From a virus, in the IMG/VR virus record IMGVR_UViG_3300045988_158059, positions 1 through 64,000 of that record: DNA of 64,000 nt; one strand, written 5' to 3'. Below, piece by piece: positions 57,998-64,000 of this stretch. A model generated the notes under the pieces. It was not told the origin of the DNA. It was given only the letters and a program-made list of their open reading frames with translations, and did no database searches. Each line of letters opens with the position of its first letter. Positions within the stretch are counted from its first letter, which is position 1. The position numbers were made by a program, and so were the translations under genes.

Positions 57998-58462
57998 TCA
58001 CTCCATTTTTGATACTGAATTACAAATTTTCTGATTAAGTTTCTGATATATTTTCACTGATTCATCCAATGCTTTAATTATAGATGTTTCACATGTTAAT
58101 TTTTCTGCTTTGTAAGCATTATCAATTAAGCAAATCAATCCATTTGATAAAATACTTATTTCTTCTTGTGTGAGTTCCAATTTAATTTTTTTCGCCTCTG
58201 TTCTTTTTACATAAAACTTATGATCAAATCCCCATTGTGAATATAATACTTTTAATGTCTGATCATAAGTTCCACCAATAACACATCCATCTTCGTAACA
58301 AAATCCTTTACTATCATCAAAATAAATATATTCATCTTCTTCTAATCCATCAGAAAATAATTTATCTGTATTTCCTAATTGGACAGAATTAAGACCTACT
58401 TGTAAAGTAACTTCTCTATATTCATTTGTTGGATAAAATTCCATATATTTCACCTTTCTCAA
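57998..58462 (-). CDS. hypothetical protein
   Basis: 154 aa ORF. Confidence 0.4.
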   Translation of the reverse strand: MRKVKYMEFYPTNEYREVTLQVGLNSVQLGNTDKLFSDGLEEDEYIYFDDSKGFCYEDGCVIGGTYDQTLKVLYSQWGFDHKFYVKRTEAKKIKLELTQEEISILSNGLICLIDNAYKAEKLTCETSIIKALDESVKIYQKLNQKICNSVSKME

Positions 58463-58480
58463 TCTGAAATCATCATTTCA

Positions 58481-58693
58481 TCAAAGTCCTAAAATCATCA
58501 ATGTGAATGCTATTATCAGCATTATAAATGATAAGCAGAATAGACATCCTCTAGTCATACGCTGTTTTCTTTCATCTTTTGGTAAACAAAGCCCTATATA
58601 AAAAATTACAAAACTGATTATCGCACTTGAAATACTTCTCATAATTTCCTCCAATTCTTCTTTTATATTATAATTTGTTAATTTCTTCTGCAA
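58481..58693 (-). CDS. small two-TM membrane protein
   Basis: 70 aa, two hydrophobic helices. Confidence 0.35.
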   Translation of the reverse strand: MQKKLTNYNIKEELEEIMRSISSAIISFVIFYIGLCLPKDERKQRMTRGCLFCLSFIMLIIAFTLMILGL

Positions 58694-58886
58694 TTTTCTT
58701 CAATACATTACCGCCTTCTATTTTCTCAATGCTATCTCCATTTTCCCAGATTGTTAAAATTGGGTAATCATTATATTGTGGATCAAAATAAGTTTTGTCA
58801 CACATTTTCTTTCTTATCATGTTAATATCTTCTGATATGCAAGCAACGCGCCCTGTGTTGTATTCTTCTAATACATATATTTTCAT
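58668..58886 (-). CDS. hypothetical small protein
   Basis: 72 aa ORF. Confidence 0.35.
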   Translation of the reverse strand: MKIYVLEEYNTGRVACISEDINMIRKKMCDKTYFDPQYNDYPILTIWENGDSIEKIEGGNVLKKIAEEINKL

Positions 58887-58900
58887 TTAATTTCCACCTC

Positions 58901-59125
58901 TCAATCACACAGATGATTAATTCTCTCGTTATAACATTCATCTTTGATATGTAATGCATAATATAAACAGGTCTGAATATTTCCTATTTCTTCCATTGTC
59001 AAATCATATTTTTTCGCATATTGTTTTTCTTTAGTAAAAATTCCACCACATAAAAATTCTTCATCATTTAATATTGCTTTAATAACAGGCATTAATGTAT
59101 TCGTCTTCATAATATTTTTCCTCAC
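58901..59125 (-). CDS. hypothetical small protein
   Basis: 74 aa ORF. Confidence 0.35.
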   Translation of the reverse strand: MRKNIMKTNTLMPVIKAILNDEEFLCGGIFTKEKQYAKKYDLTMEEIGNIQTCLYYALHIKDECYNERINHLCD

Positions 59126-59151
59126 TTTCTGTCAGTAAATCATCGTTTCAT

Positions 59152-59394
59152 TTACTTTAATATAATTAACTCTGCTTCTTCGACATATTTCTTTGCAGCA
59201 TTATATCCATTTCTATTAAGTTCACCTTCAATACTAAACCAAAGTGAATCTAAAAAATTTGGAATAGATGCAAAATCTTTGTTTGGATATTTTTCTCTAT
59301 ATCGTTTATACGCCGTTTTATATAATTCATCTACTAAATCACGCTTCATTATATTTCCTCCATTTTCAACCTGAAACTTTTGTTTCAAATACAA
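59152..59394 (-). CDS. hypothetical small protein
   Basis: 80 aa ORF. Confidence 0.35.
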   Translation of the reverse strand: MYLKQKFQVENGGNIMKRDLVDELYKTAYKRYREKYPNKDFASIPNFLDSLWFSIEGELNRNGYNAAKKYVEEAELIILK

Positions 59395-59585
59395 TTCTTT
59401 AGCATTTCTATCGCTTCATTTAACGCTGCCTGTTTTTCATTCAATTCTTTTTGTAACCTCTTTATCGTCTCATCTCTGTCCTTCACCATAAGCTTTAACT
59501 GTTCTTTTGTAGCATTATGTATATTCAAATACTCTCCATTTTCATACTGTTTATTTGTCATAATTTTCTACCCCATATTCCCCCG

Positions 59586-60164
59586 TCAATAAATCAACTT
59601 TGTTCCACATTCCGGACAATGTTTAGGCCGTAACTCTTCTTTCTCATCATTTCTAACTAATGAATAACCGCATTCCGGACATAAAATTTCATCATCAGCA
59701 TCATCTCCCTGGCGTTTTACCTCGATTCCATCTTCATATTTTTGTTGCATTTCTGCCAAAGTAAGAGCCACTGTCTGAAATAAAATTGCCGACTCATGAA
59801 TTTTCTTTTCTAATTTCAATAAATTTTTATATGATTCATAACAATCTTTGATTAAATTATTTTCGTTTCTTGCAAATCGCGGAACAAATGTTCCAAAATC
59901 ATTTTTACTGGCAAAATGTTTTGAAGAAATTGCATCACGATCAATATTTTTATAGATTCCAACGTAATCATGAATAAAATCATTATTAGTAGAATCTAAC
60001 CAAGCCTTTAAATCAATATCAAATACCTGCACTGCATAATTAATATCCATAGAATGACTGAGCCGGGAACTATACATAATTCCCAGCTCCGCTGCTCTAT
60101 CAATTATTTGATTAATCAAAACTACTCTTGTTTTTGCTTCTTTTGTATCTTTTACGTTTTCCAT
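59586..60164 (-). CDS. hypothetical protein with C-terminal double CxxC Zn ribbon
   Basis: CPECGYSL...HCPECGTKL. The start may lie downstream of the track start. Confidence 0.4.
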   Translation of the reverse strand: MENVKDTKEAKTRVVLINQIIDRAAELGIMYSSRLSHSMDINYAVQVFDIDLKAWLDSTNNDFIHDYVGIYKNIDRDAISSKHFASKNDFGTFVPRFARNENNLIKDCYESYKNLLKLEKKIHESAILFQTVALTLAEMQQKYEDGIEVKRQGDDADDEILCPECGYSLVRNDEKEELRPKHCPECGTKLIY

Positions 60165-60420
60165 TCCACTTACCTGCCTTTCGCTTATAATATCTGCTAT
60201 TACAGCAGACCCACATTTTTACTCCGAATACACCAGCAGATACTTGAGCATACTTAAAACTTCTGGATATAAATGAATGCTCATAATCATAAAACGGTGC
60301 TTTTCGAATTTCATCTACGTATCGCTGTTTCATATATTCTGTTGCATCACTAATATTTAAACACTCAATCACCTCTGCCCTCTTATTACTATGTATAATA
60401 ATTACATTTACCTTTTTCAT
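60112..60420 (-). CDS. hypothetical protein (3' part possibly overextended)
   Basis: GGGAGG ribosome-binding site about 10 nt upstream of the ATG at 60420. Overlaps the neighbour at its basic, low-complexity 3' end. Confidence 0.3.
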   Translation of the reverse strand: MKKVNVIIIHSNKRAEVIECLNISDATEYMKQRYVDEIRKAPFYDYEHSFISRSFKYAQVSAGVFGVKMWVCCNSRYYKRKAGKWNGKRKRYKRSKNKSSFD

Positions 60421-60528
60421 GTTATATCAGCCTCCCAGTTATATACGAACGTTCGTTCTGTTTTTTGATATTATTGTTATACCATACTGAGAGGCTGAGG
60501 TCAATATTTAATCGAACATATTTTCGAT

Positions 60529-61728
60529 TTATGCAGATTTTTTAGGATACAGCTCTTTCATCCTCTTGCTGAAATCAAAATCATTTACTTCAATAACGCG
60601 TTTCATGTAAGCAAATAATCTGTAGTATACACCCCTATAGCAATCTACTGCACTTTCTACATCTACAAGAGAATCCTTCAAAGACATCATATTGCCTTTA
60701 ACACCAGGAACTCTGCATCCATGAAACTTAATTAAATTCATAAGTGTATAATAAGAACCTTCTCCCTTGAATGCGTCTTTCCATTCTTTACATTTAGGAG
60801 TTTCATTAGGCAGTCTATACATATTGGTACAGAACTTTCTTAATACTCTATATAAATCTTTATATGAAAATGTCATTGAGTGGTGGTTTCTGATGTTAAT
60901 AACTACTCGTTTTACATCTGCAAAGTTGCTTTTCTGTGGATAATATACATATTTGTTAAGATCTTCAACAAATATATTTCTACCAAAAACCTTCTTATAA
61001 GGAACACCTTTACATTTATGCATCGGAAGTTTATTAACATAAATCTCAAGTTTATTTATATAATCCTCGCAAGTAGCAGAAACAACATCCGGAATAAAGA
61101 ATCTTGATCTTTCAGCAAAAGCTTTCGGATCTCTATCCTGTAATTCGGCTAATACTCGGATTTCTTCTAACATCATTTCAAACTGATACTGATATCCATA
61201 ATGATCATTTAAATATGCGTCATATCCAGATTTACCTGTATAATAACTCTTGTAATTCAGCATTCTGAACATCTGTGCCATAACCCATCTTCGATGTAGA
61301 CGAGTATTTCTTACATATCCATCTTCATAAATCTGAGATAAGAAAGACTCCTCTTCTGAATTCCTTTTCTTCTCTGGACTTACAATGACAGGACTTCCGT
61401 CTTCGCTGATTGTTACATTAATTGTGCTGCCAGGTTTTAAACCTTCCGGTAATGTTACGCTGAAATATTTTCCTGTTTCAATGTTTGCTGCCTTTAATGC
61501 TTCCATTCTGTTCTCTCTTGATTTTTTCATAGTTTTATTCTCCTTTGTATTTGTTTTATTTTCTGTGATTTCTCTCCAACCAAGTACATCAAAATATGAA
61601 TAATTACGCCATTCATAAGTGTCATTTTTACCTTTGATCATCATATCTTTTCTTGTAGTTCCGTCTTTTAAAAGAATTTCTACTTCCTTATATAATTCAG
61701 GGATACTTTCACCATAAATCCAATTCAT
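60529..61728 (-). CDS. hypothetical protein (399 aa)
   Basis: Long ORF with no motif. Confidence 0.45.
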   Translation of the reverse strand: MNWIYGESIPELYKEVEILLKDGTTRKDMMIKGKNDTYEWRNYSYFDVLGWREITENKTNTKENKTMKKSRENRMEALKAANIETGKYFSVTLPEGLKPGSTINVTISEDGSPVIVSPEKKRNSEEESFLSQIYEDGYVRNTRLHRRWVMAQMFRMLNYKSYYTGKSGYDAYLNDHYGYQYQFEMMLEEIRVLAELQDRDPKAFAERSRFFIPDVVSATCEDYINKLEIYVNKLPMHKCKGVPYKKVFGRNIFVEDLNKYVYYPQKSNFADVKRVVINIRNHHSMTFSYKDLYRVLRKFCTNMYRLPNETPKCKEWKDAFKGEGSYYTLMNLIKFHGCRVPGVKGNMMSLKDSLVDVESAVDCYRGVYYRLFAYMKRVIEVNDFDFSKRMKELYPKKSA

Positions 61729-61749
61729 AATCTACATTCTCCTTTTAAT

Positions 61750-62049
61750 TTAATTTTCAAATTCTATTTGCTGTAATTCTTCCATCGTAGAAGCGGATCC
61801 GACAATAGTACAATAAATTACATTAGATACTTTTGTATTTAATTCTTTTGTAAGAGACTTAAAAAGTTCACTTAACTCTTCTGCTCCGGCTCTGGTACCA
61901 ATATGATTTTCAATATCCAGTTGAACTTCATCTTCTCTTCCGTCCAATGTCAAGAATCCTACATTAATAACTGAACAAAAAGATAATGTATCTACTTCCG
62001 ACACAAGCTTCCCCTGTTTAATTAACTGTTTTATTGTCAATGTGATCAC
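61750..62049 (-). CDS. hypothetical protein
   Basis: 99 aa ORF. Confidence 0.35.
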   Translation of the reverse strand: MITLTIKQLIKQGKLVSEVDTLSFCSVINVGFLTLDGREDEVQLDIENHIGTRAGAEELSELFKSLTKELNTKVSNVIYCTIVGSASTMEELQQIEFEN

Positions 62050-62056
62050 CTCGTTA

Positions 62057-62449
62057 TTATAATTCTAACCCAATCATCTCTTTTGCAATTTCTTTAACCG
62101 CTTTTCTCGCCGTCCAATCAGTATACTCTGCAGCACAGGCCACGCAGTGGTCATACATGAACTCCACCAAGTCACCCACATCCTTGATTTTAGCCTTGAT
62201 TTCGGCAATCTTTTTTTCTTCTTCTTTTTTTAATTCTTTTTGAAGTTCTTCACGCGAAGCATACAAATCTTTCAGCAGGCAGCCGCTGTTTCCACCATCG
62301 TCCCACTCAATATCTGCATATGGATATTTTTTCGGGTATCGTACAGAAACTTCTGTTTCGCCAAGTGCCGTAATTTTTGCACTGTGGATACACTGTCCCC
62401 AAGGTTCCAAGAACCAGACTTTCTGACCAATTTTTGGATTATTAATCAT
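62057..62449 (-). CDS. hypothetical protein
   Basis: 130 aa ORF. Confidence 0.4.
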   Translation of the reverse strand: MINNPKIGQKVWFLEPWGQCIHSAKITALGETEVSVRYPKKYPYADIEWDDGGNSGCLLKDLYASREELQKELKKEEEKKIAEIKAKIKDVGDLVEFMYDHCVACAAEYTDWTARKAVKEIAKEMIGLEL

Positions 62450-62462
62450 TATTTATCACCTC

Positions 62463-62954
62463 CTAACATTCAATCCACTTCTTCAGTATAATTAAATCTT
62501 TATCTTTTCCCTGATAAAACCAATGGCTGCCCATCTGCTCTTCATCCCAAGTCAAATATCCTGCCAGAGAAGCACAAAGAATGAATGCTTCAAGCGCAGC
62601 TCTTGCATAATTTCGATCTTCGCCAGTAACCAACTGTCCGTCTGTCATTTCATCTGGCTTTAATGCACGAAAATATTCTCTTTGTCTGTACTTCTCACTT
62701 CTTTCACTTGGAATTGAATATTTATATTTGTGATACAGATTTTCAATAATCTCAAAACATATTTCATTGCATTCCTTTCTTGACGTATCAAAGTTAATTC
62801 CGTCAATAACAATTAAATCGTGACGGATATCATACATAGAAGATTCTATATATTTTTTACCTTCACAAATTAATGTTTTATTCTTTAAATCCGCTTTCCA
62901 TCTTTTGGTTTCGCTAATTTTAAGATCAGATAAAAAATCTCCGTAAATACTCAT
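62463..62954 (-). CDS. hypothetical protein
   Basis: 163 aa ORF. Confidence 0.4.
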   Translation of the reverse strand: MSIYGDFLSDLKISETKRWKADLKNKTLICEGKKYIESSMYDIRHDLIVIDGINFDTSRKECNEICFEIIENLYHKYKYSIPSERSEKYRQREYFRALKPDEMTDGQLVTGEDRNYARAALEAFILCASLAGYLTWDEEQMGSHWFYQGKDKDLIILKKWIEC

Positions 62955-62980
62955 TTTATCTACTTCCTTTCATTTTATTG

Positions 62981-63620
62981 TATATTAACTCTGTATTTCT
63001 GAGACATTCCTTTAATAGTTTCATATATGAAGGTTATCCGGAGGATATCTAGCTCCGTTAGGGGCTTGATTTCCTCCGGATAACCTTCTTATTAAATTTT
63101 AAATACCTTGTTAATATTCACTGCCTTGTGGTTTTATATCAATTCAACATTTCTGAGGTATCACTATAATCATTTCATATCTCCAGAGCAAGCCGTGAGG
63201 CAATTTATTGCCTCAGGTGGTTGTTTCTGAAATTAAATTAAATGTCTTATTGATACTCGTTACCTTACGATTTTTTTTATATTAACTCAACATTTTTAAG
63301 ACATTTCTATAATTGTTTCATATAATGCAGGTTACTGGAGATGTAATCTTCAGGAAGTGCTGGGGATACCCAGAGGTTCCTGAAGAAGACATCTATCTTA
63401 GCCTGCATTATTAAATCTTAAATATCTTATTTGCATTCCGTTATACTCCGGACTGAATATACTCAATTAATCTGGCACATTTCTTTAACAGAGTCATATT
63501 GAGCTGCGATTCTCCTGGTGGAGGATCTTAAAGCCGGTTCGGTAGACCGGATTTCAGATCCGTAACCAGGAATAATGGCAGCACCATTAAATCGTATTAA
63601 CCTTGTATATTCCGAGTGTG
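62981..63620. ncRNA. structured non-coding region with four repeated hairpin modules (candidate small-RNA cluster or cis-regulatory/origin-like region)
   Basis: Module A is a perfect 17-bp stem, 63029-63045/63072-63088. Module B has a 9-bp stem, 63196-63215, within an outer ctgagg/cctcag pair. Module C is a nested stem, 63327-63407. Module D is a multi-branched stem, 63514-63570. Each module is preceded by an aacatttct-like box. No ORF of 60 aa or more. Confidence 0.4.
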
Positions 63621-63640
63621 CTCTCGTTTAATTAAATTAC

Positions 63641-63901
63641 TTATTCAATTACTTTCCAACTTCGTAGAAGTGACTCTAATGAATCTGAAATAGAATCATA
63701 ATCAGTGCCATAAATATTAGCATTAGTGTTACCATCTAATTCCATTTCATAGCTTTTTTTAGGAGGCTCCAAAGTCACACCCTTTTTATCTAAAAAATCT
63801 TCAAAGATATCAATAATACCTCCAATAAGTTCTGTTTTGTCATTCTGGCCAGTCATGTTTTTTGTATCTCGTATTACGAGTTCTGTTTCAATTGGCATCA
63901 C
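63641..63901 (-). CDS. hypothetical small acidic protein
   Basis: 86 aa ORF preceded by the conserved intergenic motif. Confidence 0.35.
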   Translation of the reverse strand: MMPIETELVIRDTKNMTGQNDKTELIGGIIDIFEDFLDKKGVTLEPPKKSYEMELDGNTNANIYGTDYDSISDSLESLLRSWKVIE

Positions 63902-64000
63902 AGCATCGTCTGATAATGTTGCAAATTTGCATGTATTAAGATTGTATGCATTATTATCCTCACCAGAAGTATCTAACTTTAAATAAATATCTCCTGAATA

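Noticed and set aside
60061-60164. Apparent 1-nt discrepancy (possible frameshift) when hand-translating the start of ORF 59586-60164
   Set aside because: Most likely my own miscount of an a-run across a line break. The supplied ORF track reads through, so I did not call a pseudogene.
679-62491. All plus-strand ORFs in the six-frame track (for example 679-888, 1717-1899, 12024-12350, 13822-14157, 23748-24128, 37597-38106, 53127-53549)
   Set aside because: Each lies entirely antisense inside a longer, motif-bearing minus-strand gene. They are low-complexity or hydrophobic artefacts of AT-rich antisense frames. None has a ribosome-binding site or the conserved upstream motif.
1-64000. Stop-codon reassignment (TAG or TGA recoding, as in some large gut phages)
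   Set aside because: Long ORFs (1159, 767 and 725 aa) are uninterrupted under the standard code. No suppressor-type (CUA or UCA anticodon) tRNA was found.
1-64000. CRISPR arrays or long direct repeats
   Set aside because: No regularly spaced repeat-spacer pattern is visible. The only repeats are the short promoter-like motif and the hairpin modules at 62955-63640.

Overview
This 64 kb window is AT-rich (roughly one-third GC), and every credible gene lies on the minus strand in tightly packed, often start/stop-overlapping operons. It reads as one arm of a large virulent (jumbo-type) phage, probably of an anaerobic host. It encodes replication, nucleotide-metabolism and counter-defence genes and no virion structural genes.

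Recognisable content:
- **NAD+/ADP-ribose genes (1-10 kb):** a DUF2493/SLOG protein, a TARG1-like macro domain, the RNA 2'-phosphotransferase KptA/Tpt1, a small HAD phosphatase, NAMPT (NadV- or Namat-like), a PRPP-synthetase-like kinase (Prs- or Adps-like), a short PurA/PurZ-like adenylosuccinate synthetase, and an isochorismatase/nicotinamidase-family hydrolase.
- **Related genes placed elsewhere:** an ADP-ribosylglycohydrolase, a tandem-DUF2829 (Tad2-like) protein and an NAD-dependent DNA ligase.
- **Nucleotide metabolism:** anaerobic ribonucleotide reductase NrdD/NrdG, a guanylate-kinase-like protein, a possible divergent ThyX, and an HD phosphohydrolase.
- **Replication block:** RecD-like helicase, DnaE-type polymerase, PD-(D/E)xK nuclease, primase, DnaB-like helicase and a Sak4-like ATPase.
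- **Other genes:** an ATP-dependent RNA ligase; an ABC importer whose substrate-binding-protein gene is split by a GIY-YIG homing endonuclease (a candidate group I intron); an SPFH protein flanked by two micro-ORFs; and a tyrosine recombinase beside a second recombinase-like gene and a DndB-like gene.
- **RNA genes:** four tRNAs (Met, Leu-CAA, a weak Lys-UUU, and an atypical long-variable-arm tRNA with an apparent UUG anticodon), one of them behind a canonical sigma70-like promoter.

Non-genic signals:
- A palindromic ~13 nt AT-rich motif (TTTAATTAAA core) recurs at about 25 gene boundaries, 15-25 nt upstream of start codons. It is likely a phage-specific promoter or operator.
- A 680 nt non-coding tail carries four repeated hairpin modules.

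Coordinates worked out by eye may be off by 1-2 nt, and starts taken from the ORF track are approximate. I ran no database searches; all family assignments rest on motifs recognised by eye.
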